The position numbers were made by a program, and so were the translations under genes. Positions 1-12,640 of a DNA stretch of 64,000 nt are shown piece by piece. The stretch is from Octopus vulgaris (lineage: Eukaryota): the NCBI GenBank assembly GCA_951406725.2, contig OX597830.1:71238001-71302000 (forward strand), read 5' to 3'. The first letter of the stretch is position 1, and each line of letters begins with the position of its first letter. The notes beneath the pieces are model-generated. The model saw only the letters and a list, made by a program, of their open reading frames with translations. It ran no database searches and was not told the origin of the DNA.

Positions 1-110
1 GGATCTCATGAATCACTTTTCAGTAAAAAAAAAAGCAAAAAAAAACAACAAATGGCGGTGCCCCAGCATGGCCACAGCTCGTGAGCTGAAACTAGATAAA
101 AAAAAACAAT
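1..110 (+). mobile_element. 3' end of CR1/L2-group LINE
   Basis: GGCGGTGCCCCAGCATGGCCACAGCTCGTGAGCTGAAACT (54-93) plus A-rich tail; matches the 3' UTR after the LINE ORF end at 47290-47622 (minus). Confidence 0.6.
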
Positions 111-540
111 AAAAAAAACAGTAGATGAAAAACTTTAAAATAGTAATTAAGTGGAACAATACAAAACTAAACATTATATTCCATCTTACAGTTGGTCTTG
201 TTTAATTTTAAAAAAGAAAAATGTATTTTATGGTTCATTATTATCTATATTCTGAGTTATATATTATATTACATATAGGGGGCACCAAAATATTTTAAGT
301 GCCTAGGCCCTCTATGAGTCTTAACCCGGTCCTACATAACGAAAATGTAAATAACCAAAATAATAGTTATTGTCGTAGTGCAATCAATACACACACGCAT
401 ACACGCGCGCGCTCACACACACATGCATGTATATAAATTGTACATATCGATGTTTATAAAAGATTTATATCTGTATATTATATATTACACATATCTATTA
501 TCTACATCTAATATACCTATATGATACATTATATGCATAT

Positions 541-950
541 AGGCGGAGGAGTGGCTGTGTGGTAAGTAGCTTGCTTACCAACCACATGGTTCCGGGTTCA
601 GTCCCACTGCGTGGCACCTTGGGCAAGTGTCTTCTACTATAGCCTCTGGCCGACCAAAGCCTTGTGAGTGGATTTGGTTGACGGAAACTGAAAGAAGCCC
701 GTCGTATATATGTATATATATGTGTGTGTGTATATGTTTGTGTGTCTGTGTTTGTCCCACCAACATCGCTTGACAACCGATGCTGGTGTGTATATGTTCC
801 CCGTTACTTAGCGGTTCGCCAAAAGAGACCGATAAGTACTGGGCTTACAAAAGAATAAGTCCCGGGGTCGAGTTGCTCGATTAAAGGGTTGTGCTCCAGC
901 ATGGCCGCAGTCAAATGACTGAAACAAGTAAAAAAGAGTAAAAAAAAAGA
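541..950 (+). mobile_element. tRNA-derived SINE family A (CORE-like body, internal TA/TG microsatellite, LINE-like tail)
   Basis: Box A-like TGGCTGTGTGG and box B-like GGTTCAGTCCC; CCTTGGGCAAGT CORE-like motif; tail GCTCCAGCATGGCCGCAGTCAAATGACTGAAAC; close copies at 43995 and 53921. Confidence 0.85.
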
Positions 951-1016
951 GTATATGTATACCGTATATTTAATATAAGTGTACATACTGACATATACTA
1001 TTTATAAATATACACA

Positions 1017-1091
<75 letters not shown>

Positions 1092-1334
1092 TGAAACGCA
1101 GGTATGTATATTTTTCTTGGCAGTGACCTCTAAGTTTTGCTGGTCCTGGTTTCATTTTGTAGATTCTACGACTGGCCCAATTTCAAAATTACTTTAAATA
1201 AAATGATTTTAAAAAAACGGTGTATGCTGCATACGTAGACGACCTATAATCTGTCCAATTTCATAATTTATATGCATGTAAACACACCCGCACGCATACG
1301 CATATACATATATACATACATACATATATATATA

Positions 1335-1415
1335 ATAAAATATTAGGGAATAAATCCAAACTTATAGGGAAAAATCAGATTTAGGATTAAATCCAATTTT
1401 ATAGTATAAATATAT
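1335..1415 (-). repeat. Short dispersed repeat in (TA)n, possible PLE-type terminal fragment
   Basis: ATTAGGGAATAAATCCAAACTTA..GGAAAAATCAGAT recurs at 28190-28231 and inverted at 32770-32835. Confidence 0.55.
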
Positions 1416-1431
1416 TATATTATATTATATT

Positions 1432-1477
<46 letters not shown>

Positions 1478-1665
1478 CTTTCATACATACCTACATATAT
1501 ATCAGTATATTTGTGTGTGTGTGTGTGAGTGTGCGCGTGTGAATGTGTAGTAGGTTACGCCTTGTAAATTTTAAAAATAAAACTGTCTGGGTGTCGGTGT
1601 ATGAATGTATTCGTATATGTAATTTCGGTTGTATATATATGTATATATATGTATATGTGTGTGTG

Positions 1666-1762
<97 letters not shown>

Positions 1763-2222
1763 TTACACACACACACATATACATATATACACAGATATGT
1801 GTATGCTTGTGTGTATGTGTGTGTATGCATGCTTTCATCTCCGTGTTTACGTGTTATGTTTATTTTCGCAAAATTAAACCAGAAAAAACAACAACAACAA
1901 AAAAACAAAAGAAGAAAGAGGAAAGAGAAAGGAACCCTTATTGGAGGAAAGATAAGGACATAACTACTACGTACGTAGAACAATTACTAAATGAAGATCA
2001 CATGTTAACTTAGACAAAACACAGACCCCCCCTTCTCCGCCCCCTCTCTTGAATTTCACGTAACCGTTATGAAAATAGCAGCAATCTTTGCCAAGAACTG
2101 GTAAATTACAAGACATACAGGCAATTCTTGAGACTTTCTTTTTGGAATACCTCAAGCCTCGGAGACTGATTTACAAGTCTGTCTTCAGGCGTTTATTTTT
2201 GTTTTCGTTTGTATACATACAT

Positions 2223-2254
<32 letters not shown>

Positions 2255-2496
2255 GTATGTATGTATGTATATAGACATATATATATGTATGTATGTATAT
2301 ATACATATACATATATGTATAAGTATGTATATATATATATATATATATATTTTTGTGTGTATATACATATATATATATGTTTTTAGGTATATATATATAT
2401 ATGTATGTATGCATATATATATATAAACATATGTATATGTATATATATATGTATATGTATATACACACACACACATATATATATATATATGCATTC

Positions 2497-2629
<133 letters not shown>

Positions 2630-2697
2630 CAATAAACAAGCACAAACACACACAAACACACACCGAAAATTGCTCTCCTTATACGCGCGCACCAACA

Positions 2698-2733
<36 letters not shown>

Positions 2734-2884
2734 TATATATATATATGTATATATATATCAGTTTTTTTTTAATGTCTTGCTTCGAAAACTGCATTAGGTA
2801 CGATAAGTTAAATTTTGGTAGTAATGACTTATGTCCCTCTTAGCGTGAGGCATCTATGTGTAATAATGCGGTCTATACAATATA

Positions 2885-3047
<163 letters not shown>

Positions 3048-3731
3048 TTATATATTTATGCCTGTATTCGTATATATCCTCATATAAATACATGTACACG
3101 CATGCATACATATATACATACATATAGTATGTGTGTACCTCTATGGGTTTTCAGTCTATGCTTGACACCGCTTTAAAAAAACCGGTGTCTGTTCAATGTC
3201 CCGCTACCTAGCGGTGCGAGAAGTATTTATCGTTAGAACATAGCACCAGATTTAGCAGCTTCTGAAATGCAGGTTTAATTTTTTCAAGGTGATGTCCCTG
3301 CATGCCTCCAACTATATCTGTGTGTGTGTGAGTGTGAGTGTGCCTGTGTGTGTGTATCTGTGTACATTCGTAACCACACACATTCATATATCCATTTATA
3401 TACACACACACACATATAAATATATGTATATACATACACATATTTGTGTTTATGAGTTTTCTTTAACTTATCTGAAAAAAAAAAAACTATAAATTTTAGT
3501 TCAATGTTGGAGAGCTATTGCATATATATATAAAGGTAGGAACGTAATGTCGAAGTTTTTTACAAAGTTGACTGTGTAGTACCTTTGTTAAATGTCATGT
3601 TGTACAGGTTCGTAAATAGGGTAGACGGAAACTATACTGAAGATCAAAAGGTGGACTGTGCTTGCTATTCAATTAAAAAATTATCGCTTTCTAACACATT
3701 TTGTTATTCTTCATGAGACTTGAGAATTATG

Positions 3732-4171
3732 GGATCTTTTCGGTTTGAACGGCTGTTTTTTCTATCGGTGTCATATGAAATTGTCACCCATAATTATGAC
3801 CCTAGTATAGATCTATTGCATTTCAATCTGTTTTAGGGTTAGGGTTAGTTAGGGTTAGTTTCCTAGGGGTGGGGGGAAGGGTATCTTTTTTTCTTCAGAA
3901 AAGTAAATAAACCTAATCTGTTTCTTAAACGAGGGACATATTTATACGGCACAGAATGTTTTTTTTTTACCTCAATAGACGTCATTGAGTGGTTGAAATT
4001 GCAGAAATTGAAGAAAAATAACAACAAATATCTTACAAACTATAGAATGTTCTCAATAGAGCCAAGAGAAAAAGATGTTTTATAAACACATTCTACCAGT
4101 ATACGAAGTTTAAAAGTGTTTAGTTACGTGGAAATTATTTTAAAAAACTGCCGTTCAAACCGAAAATATCC
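3732..4171. mobile_element. MITE with ~30-bp TIRs, 8-bp TSD and internal TTAGGG repeats (Merlin-like)
   Basis: TIRs GGATCTTTTCGGTTTGAACGGC / GCCGTTCAAACCGAAAATATCC; TSD GAATTATG at 3724-3731 and 4172-4179; GG-initial TIR plus 8-bp TSD fits Merlin. Confidence 0.8.
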
Positions 4172-4693
4172 GAATTATGTTTTAATACTACACGTGCCTG
4201 TGAAATGCCCAACCACTTATACGCTATTTCATCTACTGGAACATCTTAATCCTCATCATCGACGACGGAGATCCAACACCATATATGTACGTGTTTGTGA
4301 TTGTTATTCAACCGTTGAATAAACAACTCCAGTTAAATATTGTAATTCCCCAAATTTCTATCGCGTTCAAGTCATTACTATTCAGATACACTTTTACTCA
4401 AATTTATTCGGATAATAATTAGTATGTTAAGAGTATCGAGTGGAATTGGAGGGTAGTTAACTGCTATTTCTAGTAGTGCCAGCGAATAGGTCACCAGCGA
4501 GAGAACCGATCAATTAAAGAGTATTTCATTAATGTTCCGTTCCAGTTTATATTAATTTGGTATAATTACTTAGATGCATGCATTCATTCGTGACTACATT
4601 GTTAGGATGATATAGAGGCGATGCATCTCTGAATACATATAAACATGTAACATTGTATGTGCATGTACGTGTGCGTACATGCAAATATACATT

Positions 4694-4770
<77 letters not shown>

Positions 4771-4856
4771 ACTTAGAATAACTTAGAAAGGTTTTTGGCC
4801 AGTATTGGCCCAGGCCATGTCTAACTTAATAGCACCACCTGGCGAAGTCTTTCAGT

Positions 4857-7800
4857 TCAGGATTTGGGCACCAAGGCCCATTCGAGCAGAGAGTTATTGT
4901 TTGCGGAGACATATCCGGGTGTGGATGGTTTGTCCGGTACTGTTTGAAGGAATTTGTCCAAAGACTTCTTGAATTTTGTGTGGTCAGTTTCTTTTTTGAC
5001 GTGTCCTGGTGTAATGTTGAAGAGAGCGGGTCCAATTGAGGTGAAATAGTTGTGCCGTATTGTCGTTATGTGATGCGATTTAGATTTTTGTTGTGGACGG
5101 ATGGCACGTGGTCCAAGCCTTGGATGCATTTTGAAGGTGATGCCAACATCATTCGGACAGTGCTGATGGAATATTTTCCACATCATACAGATAATGTAGC
5201 GTTCACGGCGTCGTTGGAGTGAATACAATTTCAGCTTCTCTAGTCTACCCCAGTAGTCAAGGTCTGACATGCCATCTATCTTTTTTGTGATTGACCTTTG
5301 GGGAGCTTCAATTCTCATAATATTTTGTTTTGTGTAGGGAGACCACAGTGGACAGCAGTATTCAAGGTGGGGTCGGGCAAAAGTGGAGAAGAGAAGGATA
5401 ATAGCGTGGGAATCTCTCGACTGGAAGGTTCTGAGAATCCAGGAACACATTCTGCGGGCCATGTCAACTTTGCTGCTTATATGTGTAGCCCAGCTTATGT
5501 TGTTGTCCACTGTTACTCCCAGGTCTCTGATGTTGTTGGATGCCATGAGAATTTCTCCAGAAGGAAGAGAGTATGGGAGTTTCAGAGCGTCCTCCCTTCC
5601 AAAGTGGATCAGTTCGAATTTGTCTTCATTTAGCAACATGTTATTCTTTTCCGCCCATTGGACAACAGCCAGTAGGTCTGACTGAAGGTTTATTCGGTCA
5701 TCCACGCCATTGATGACCTTCTGGAGCTTGGAATCATCAGCGAAGGTTCTGATGTTGCTGTGTTTGATGGTGTCAGTAATATCATTTATGTAGATGATGA
5801 AGAGAAGTGGGCCCAACACAGTGCCTTGTGGGACACCACTGCTGACTTTGGCTGGGCTGGATTTGACTCCTTCGACTACAACATGTTGGGTTCTGTTAGA
5901 GAGGAAGCACTTGATCCATTGCAGCAGCTTTCCAGTGACACCAATATTGGACAGCTTTCTCAGAAGGATCTTATGATCAACCCTGTCAAAGGCCTTGCTG
6001 AAATCAAGGTAGATGACATCAGTGTTGGAACCCTCTCCCAAGGCTCTCAAAATGTCATCAAAATGATGCAGTAGCTGCGTCAGGCAATCTCTCCCATTAC
6101 GGAATCCATGCTGGTTGGGGTTCAGCATATTATGACTCTCAAGGAAGTGAGTCATACGCGATCTCAGCACCCTCTCAAATACCTTGATGATATGAGAGGT
6201 GAGTGAGATTGGACGGTAATTCACGGCAAGCGATTTGTTTCCTTTTTTGAAAACTGGGACAACAGACTGGGATAGAAGGTCTTCTGGTATATATCCAGCA
6301 TCCAATGAGTTCCGCCACAGATTGGCTAGAGGGGGTGCAAGTTGGTTTTGACACATCTTCAAGACACAAGCAGGGAACCTATCGGGACCTACTGCTGAAT
6401 TATGCTTCATTTCCTTTATTGCTGCTAAGACATCAGGAGCGCCAAATGTTATGTCCGATAAAGTGTATTGGGGAGTAACATCACTGATACAGCCCAGATC
6501 AGTCATATCAGGATTGCTGAAAACAGAGCAATATTGTTTCTGCAATATTTCTCCCATGGTTTTGGCATTGTCTTGAAGAATACCATTTTCATCAATCAGA
6601 GGGCCAACAGTAGAACCAGTGACTCTGTGTTTTTTTGCAAATGAAAAGAACACTTTGGGATTGAGTTTGATCTTCTCAATGGCCCAGGCCTCTTCAGCTC
6701 TTCGCTGACTATTGATGATAGACATCATGTTGTTTTGGAGTTTATGTTTTTTAATCTCTAGCGACGAGATGGCAGTCAGGTTGGTGTGTTGCTGTTGACA
6801 GTATTTCAGCATGTTGATCTTTTTGTTGATTCTTTTAATTTTCCTTATGAGAGATTTTCTATTTCTAGGGATTCGACACTTAGATTTGTTTGCAGATCTT
6901 AATGGGGTGTGTCTTGCACATATGTTCGTGATGGTGTCTACAAATGACTGCCAGGACTTTTTGATGTTAGTGGGTGTGTATGTGTGCGTGAAGGACCAAT
7001 CGACTTGTGCAAGATCATTATTGATCGCTTCCCAGTTTGCATTGTGGAAATCCATAGTGTCAAATGGATGAACAGGAGGGATGACATTTGTTTTGCATTT
7101 TGGCCAGTGAAATCTCAGATCACAGAGAACCATGTCATGGTCGGAGAGTAGGGTTTTCTCCACTGCAATATTGTGGATAGTATCAGTGTGATTGCTGAAA
7201 ATTAAGTCTAAGACGTTTTTGTGACATCTCGTTGGTTCGAGTACCAGTTGGGACAAGAAGAAGTCATCCATGAAGTCAAGAAGCGATTCCACTGCCTCCC
7301 TGTCAGGGGTTGAGAGAGAAGAACCTGGCGGCAGACTGTTTGTAGACCAGTCAACCCCGGGAAGGTTGAAATCTCCCATCATTAAAATGTTGTCAGGTTG
7401 ACACTGCTGAATGAAACACTTTATGCTGTTGAGGCATTCCTTGAAGCATGGTAGGGGCGTTTGGGGTGGTCTGTAGAGCCCAACTACTGTTAAGTTGTTG
7501 GTTTGACTGAATACAGCGACTGCTTCGCAGTATCCATTCGAAAATATGTTCATGGCTTCTGTTGAGAATGAATCATGGACATAAATGGCAGTCCCACCCT
7601 TTCTTCTGCCAACACGATCAGCACGAATGGTTTTGAAATTTTTAACTTTCACCTCGGCTTCCAAGTGGAGGTCACTAAGATGGGTTTCAGTGAGGACGAA
7701 GAAAGGGATGTGGTTTGGATGGGCCTCGACCCAGTCCTCCAGGAATCTTATCTTCCATTTTTGTGTATTGGTGGAAGGGCTGATGCCTTGGGCATTAAGC

Positions 7801-7874
7801 AGAAATGTTGAGGCGAGAGTGGATGGTTTTAATTGTTTTGGTGATTTGTTTATTTGATTGCTTTTTAATGGCAT
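4857..7874 (-). CDS. LINE ORF2: AP-like endonuclease plus reverse transcriptase
   Basis: APE motifs LTETHL, GGTAIY, YRPP, GDFN, LDLIF, SDH; RT motifs NYRPISLTS, QHGFR, YLDFSKAFD, GVPQGTVLGPLLF, FADD; C-terminal SLQRRR. Confidence 0.96.
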   Translation of the reverse strand: MPLKSNQINKSPKQLKPSTLASTFLLNAQGISPSTNTQKWKIRFLEDWVEAHPNHIPFFVLTETHLSDLHLEAEVKVKNFKTIRADRVGRRKGGTAIYVHDSFSTEAMNIFSNGYCEAVAVFSQTNNLTVVGLYRPPQTPLPCFKECLNSIKCFIQQCQPDNILMMGDFNLPGVDWSTNSLPPGSSLSTPDREAVESLLDFMDDFFLSQLVLEPTRCHKNVLDLIFSNHTDTIHNIAVEKTLLSDHDMVLCDLRFHWPKCKTNVIPPVHPFDTMDFHNANWEAINNDLAQVDWSFTHTYTPTNIKKSWQSFVDTITNICARHTPLRSANKSKCRIPRNRKSLIRKIKRINKKINMLKYCQQQHTNLTAISSLEIKKHKLQNNMMSIINSQRRAEEAWAIEKIKLNPKVFFSFAKKHRVTGSTVGPLIDENGILQDNAKTMGEILQKQYCSVFSNPDMTDLGCISDVTPQYTLSDITFGAPDVLAAIKEMKHNSAVGPDRFPACVLKMCQNQLAPPLANLWRNSLDAGYIPEDLLSQSVVPVFKKGNKSLAVNYRPISLTSHIIKVFERVLRSRMTHFLESHNMLNPNQHGFRNGRDCLTQLLHHFDDILRALGEGSNTDVIYLDFSKAFDRVDHKILLRKLSNIGVTGKLLQWIKCFLSNRTQHVVVEGVKSSPAKVSSGVPQGTVLGPLLFIIYINDITDTIKHSNIRTFADDSKLQKVINGVDDRINLQSDLLAVVQWAEKNNMLLNEDKFELIHFGREDALKLPYSLPSGEILMASNNIRDLGVTVDNNISWATHISSKVDMARRMCSWILRTFQSRDSHAIILLFSTFARPHLEYCCPLWSPYTKQNIMRIEAPQRSITKKIDGMSDLDYWGRLEKLKLYSLQRRRERYIICMMWKIFHQHCPNDVGITFKMHPRLGPRAIRPQQKSKSHHITTIRHNYFTSIGPALFNITPGHVKKETDHTKFKKSLDKFLQTVPDKPSTPGYVSANNNSLLEWALVPKS

Positions 7875-8350
7875 GTGTAGTGGGGTAATAGTGGTGGATG
7901 GCGGTGGGTGATAGCTCGGATGTTTTTTTCCAGTTCTTTTGCTAGATTCATTATAGCTAAAAAAGAGGAAGAAGAGGTGGTTTCCTGTCTAGGGAACCGC
8001 AGGTGACTGTGGCCGCGGCTATTTTTATGTGAGTGGTTATCTTTAAATGTCCGACGAGTCCCCGGGAGATGGGTAAAGGGGCAATCCCTGTGCAAACACA
8101 ATCTGTCTCGCTGGGAATAGCGGCAGATTTGGGGATTCCTTGTTTGAGATATTGGTGGTTGTGGTGATGTTGTATTATGGTGGTTGCTGTTGTAGTTTGT
8201 GGGGATAGAGCGTTTTGTTCCAGGTAAATGGGTGAATTTGCAGTCTCTATCAGTGCACAGTCTATGGCGAAGAGAATATCGGCAAATGATGGGGTTTCGA
8301 GTGGGTGTGTAGGTGCGTGTGTGTGTGTGAGCTGTGAAGGGTGTAGATGA
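7865..8350 (-). pseudogene. LINE ORF1 C-terminal part with two tandem CCCH zinc fingers (start lost)
   Basis: Extending the 7865..8101 frame upstream gives TRNPIICRYSLRHRLCTDRDCKFTHLPGTKR and TRNPQICRYSQRDRLCLHRDCPFTHLPGTRR (C-x8-C-x4-C-x3-H); its stop overlaps the ORF2 start by 10 nt. Confidence 0.8.
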
Positions 8351-8364
8351 TAGAATATATACAT

Positions 8365-8629
8365 ATATTGATAAAAATGGTAAGACAACAAAAGAATGAA
8401 AGCGAACTCGATATTATGTAAATAGAGGAATTTATCTGTAAATGTAATATGTGACAATTATTCGGTAGCCATGATAAAACTCCGAGTTTCGGATGCCGGG
8501 GTAGAAACCCACGCCGCTATCTCTTCACTTATCCGGCCATCAGAAAAATTGAAGAGATGGCGGCGTGGATTTCCAACCCGGGATCCGAAACTCGGAGTTT
8601 TATCATGGTTACCGAATAACTGTCATATT

Positions 8630-8633
<4 letters not shown>
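8365..8633. repeat. Fold-back element (~76-bp imperfect arms), PLE pLTR-like
   Basis: Arms 8452-8527 and 8550-8625 with 22-nt spacer; each arm carries TGAAGA-hairpin-CGAAACTC. Confidence 0.75.
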
Positions 8634-8687
<54 letters not shown>

Positions 8688-8764
8688 TTATATAACGCTC
8701 AGGAATAGAAAAAGTCTCTTACATTTCTACAGAAAGGGACACAGATATAATAATGATAATAATG

Positions 8765-8833
<69 letters not shown>

Positions 8834-8877
8834 TAATAATAATTTGAGGGAATATTATTCCTATATATATATATACA

Positions 8878-8942
<65 letters not shown>

Positions 8943-9228
8943 ATATATATATATTATATAGATATATGAGTATGTATATATATATATATATACACACATA
9001 CACTTATACCCACACTCGCACGCACACACGCACACATACACACACGCACACACACACACATACACACACACACAAACACACACGCATACACATATATGTA
9101 TATGGCGCGAAATTATGAGGACTTTTTGCCGGTGACTGATGAGGTATAAGCGTCTCCATGGCTTTTGCATGTTTTTCCGGTTTTACGTATTCCTTAGTTA
9201 TCTTTTCTTAAAATGTTTATAGAATCCC

Positions 9229-9290
<62 letters not shown>

Positions 9291-9335
9291 TGGGTGTGTG
9301 TGTGTGTGGGTGTGTGTGTGTGTGAGGGAGTATAT

Positions 9336-9724
9336 ACTCTTTTACTCTTTTACTTGTTTCAGTCATTTGACTGCGTCCATGCTGGAGCACCGCCTTTAGT
9401 CGAGCAAATCCATGCCAGGACTTATTCTTTGTAAGCCTAGTACTTATTCTATCGATTGTCTTTTGCCGAACTGCTAAGTTACTGGGACATAAACACACCC
9501 GCATCGGTTGTCAAGCAATGTTGGGGGGTGGGGGGAAGCACAGAGGTACAAACACATACACACACATACATATATATATACACATATATACGACGGGCTT
9601 CTTTCAGTTTCCGTCTACCAAATCCACTCACAAAGCTTTATAGGAGGCTCAAGGTGCCATGCATTAGGACTGAACCCGGAACCATGTGGTTGGTAAGCAA
9701 GCTACTTACCACACAGACACTCCT
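9336..9724 (-). mobile_element. SINE family A copy
   Basis: Reverse complement of the 541-950 element with an internal deletion. Confidence 0.85.
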
Positions 9725-9747
9725 ATATATATATATATATATATATG

Positions 9748-9975
9748 TTTCTTTATTACCCACAAGGGGCTAAACATAGAGGGGACAAACAAGGACAGAC
9801 AAACGGATTAAGGCGATTACATCGACCCCAGTGCGAAACTGGTACTTAATTTATCGACCCCGAAAGGATGAAAGGCAAAGTCGACCTCGGCGGAATTTGA
9901 ACACAGAAGGTAACGGCAGACGAAATACGGATACTCATTTCGCCCGGCGTGCTAACGTTTCTGCCAGCTTGCCGC

Positions 9976-9976
<1 letters not shown>
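9748..9976 (-). mobile_element. tRNA-derived SINE family B (Nin/Deu-domain-like)
   Basis: Minus strand GGCGGCAAGCTGGCAGAAACGTTAGC...GTTCAAATTCC then GCCTTTCATCCTTTCGGGGTCGATAAATTAAGTACCAG; copies at 15258, 28970, 59600. Confidence 0.85.
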
Positions 9977-10025
<49 letters not shown>

Positions 10026-10328
10026 CGCGTATGTATACTTGTGTGTTGAATGTAGACGTTACACTGTATTATTCACGCATGCAGGTGAAGATAGTAATCC
10101 ATAGCTACTTCATAATGTCTGTGTCCACCTAGGCGACGGTTATAAGAAAAGCGTGAACGTGACAATACCTTCCATCAACTCAATAGTACTATGTCAAAAA
10201 AAGGTTAATTACACGGCGACTGGGAACGATGATTACATAACAAAGAAGTGTCAGTATAAGTTGTATAGGAAAATATCGATTTTGAAATGTTATATGATAA
10301 CCATGCACACAATTATACACAAACACCT

Positions 10329-10375
<47 letters not shown>

Positions 10376-10961
10376 GACGTATAAGTTCTATGTGTGTGTG
10401 TGATTACGATACCTTATACACCAGTGACAGCTGCCAAACAGACACGGACCTAGTGTTGGGTTTTACGCTACAAGTACATACACATACAGTCACACAGACA
10501 ATCGCACATATATACACACCTTAAAAAAAACATATCTAAATATAATATTTTCTCTTGCAAAGATTACTCAAAAGCAGATCATTTTTTCAGAAAAAAAAAC
10601 ACACACACACACACATACACATACTTATGTATATACACACATCTATGTGTGTATATACATAAGTATTGAGTATATATTCACTATTTATCTACGCTTATAT
10701 ACACGCACAAATATATTCAGGTACTCGCACATGTATGCATGTATGTATGTATGTATGTATGTATGTATGTATGTATGTATGTATGTATATATAATTCAGA
10801 GAAAAACCACTATAAAACAATTCAATAAAGAAATATGTTATTCACACCATATTTAAAGCATATTCTATAAAAAAAACTTATTTTAGATCAATAAAGTACA
10901 ATAAATGAATTTTTACCAGTAAGTTTTGGAATTATATTCCCTACTGTTATTATTATTATTG

Positions 10962-10998
<37 letters not shown>

Positions 10999-11624
10999 GC
11001 ACACAAACACACACACACACACACATATATGTATATATATATGAAGAGAGAGAGAGAGACAGATGGATAGACAGATGCAGATATACATACGTGGATTGCA
11101 TGGCTACGTGTGCGTGTTTGTGCTTGTATATGAGGGTGTGTTGTAGGCTTGTTTAGGTGCCTGTGGCTGTTTTCTGTGTCTGTGTAATCACTCATCCTCA
11201 TCATTTGCTGTTACTGAAAACAGAGAAGAAAAAAAAGGAAAAAAAAAGAAAAACAACAGAAAGTAAAAACACTTCATTATTTATGAAGACGAGGCAATTG
11301 GTTTTTCAGAGTCGAGATAGCAAATAGAAACTCTATCATGATACGTAGTTGAACAAAATAGACGGACACTGACTTGCAGCAAGAGCGCTGAAGTCAGCTG
11401 TGGAGCCTCTATGTAGATCAGTGTGAGGTATCATCCAGCGATTGGAGGACGGACATTTCAATGTATGTATACCAATTCGGCTATTCTTTTCTTATCTATA
11501 TCTATATACATATCAATTGATATCATGCATACATACATACATGCATACATACATACATACATACATACATACATACATACTTACATACATACATACATAC
11601 GTACATACATATATCTATATGTAT

Positions 11625-11669
<45 letters not shown>

Positions 11670-11696
11670 GTGTATATATATATATACATATATACA

Positions 11697-11730
<34 letters not shown>

Positions 11731-11755
11731 AGTATATATATGTATATATATATAA

Positions 11756-11805
<50 letters not shown>

Positions 11806-12283
11806 GTGTATATATATATATATATGTATATAAGTACAATAAGTACATATGCATGTGCTGATGTATGTATATCAATAAAATTATATACATGTGTGTGTAT
11901 GTGTGTGAATGTATATATATATATATATATGTATGTATATATGTATATATATATATATATATTAGTGCATATACATACACACATACATATATATATATAT
12001 ATATGAGTGTATATACATATATATATATTCATATACATATATATATAAATACATACACATTCACACAGATATATATATATAGTAACATTATTTGTGCATT
12101 GTATAGGCAGTAGTTTGAGGTGCTCAGATAAAAGCTCGACACACAAGATATAAAAATGTTAAGGAAAATTTGAATAGGTTCCACAATTCATATAAACATA
12201 TATTACCCCATGGATCGACGTATATAAGTTTTTAAATATACAAAAGTAACAATCATGTATGTATATATATATATATATATATC

Positions 12284-12568
12284 TTAGAAGAAATGAGGTA
12301 CTCAGAAAATCGGATGGTTTATATTTACAGATATTTATTTGTATATTACATTTTTATATATATATATCATATCACTTAGATCATTAGCGCTTTCTCCCAT
12401 TCTAGTGGGGTTTTCAAATCTAAAACATTTTGATTTGAAAACCCCACTAGAATGGGAGAAAGCGCTAATGATCTAAGTGATATGATATATATATATAAAA
12501 ATGTAATATAGAAATAAATATCTGTAAATATAAACCATCCGATTTTCTGAGTACCTCATTTCTTCTAA
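12284..12568. repeat. Near-perfect 137-bp inverted repeat, 11-nt spacer
   Basis: 12284-12420 versus 12432-12568 with one mismatch seen; flanked by (TA)n. Confidence 0.9.
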
Positions 12569-12640
12569 TATATAATACCTGTACAACATCTCAAAACCTT
12601 CCAATATATATATATATATATATATAAATATATATATACG

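Larger units (their letters stand above)
4771..8352 (-). mobile_element. 5'-truncated CR1/L2-group LINE with intact ORF2
   Basis: ORF1 remnant, 1005-aa ORF2, short 3' UTR with GGCCA-ATAC-TGGCC hairpin and TTCTAAG repeat tail, ending in (TA)n. Confidence 0.92.

Noticed and set aside
498-986. Recurring peptides such as CPRCHAVGLNPEPCGW, MRNWYL..RPRRNLN and MFIERK
   Set aside because: They are chance frames in SINE families A, B and C; recurrence reflects copy number.
5298-7857. Plus-strand ORFs within the LINE
   Set aside because: They are antisense shadows of ORF2.
7957-8457. 166-aa ORF as LINE ORF1
   Set aside because: Wrong frame and chimeric; the CCCH fingers are in the 7865..8101 frame and this ORF starts in the adjacent fold-back element.
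9100-9150. GCGAAA...CTGAYGA in permuted order (also about 34723-34758 and 28685-28720 minus), and lone CTGATGA near 32080, 36902 and 63271
   Set aside because: Suggests type II hammerheads, but I could not build consistent stems, so they are left uncalled; a consensus from more copies could revive them.
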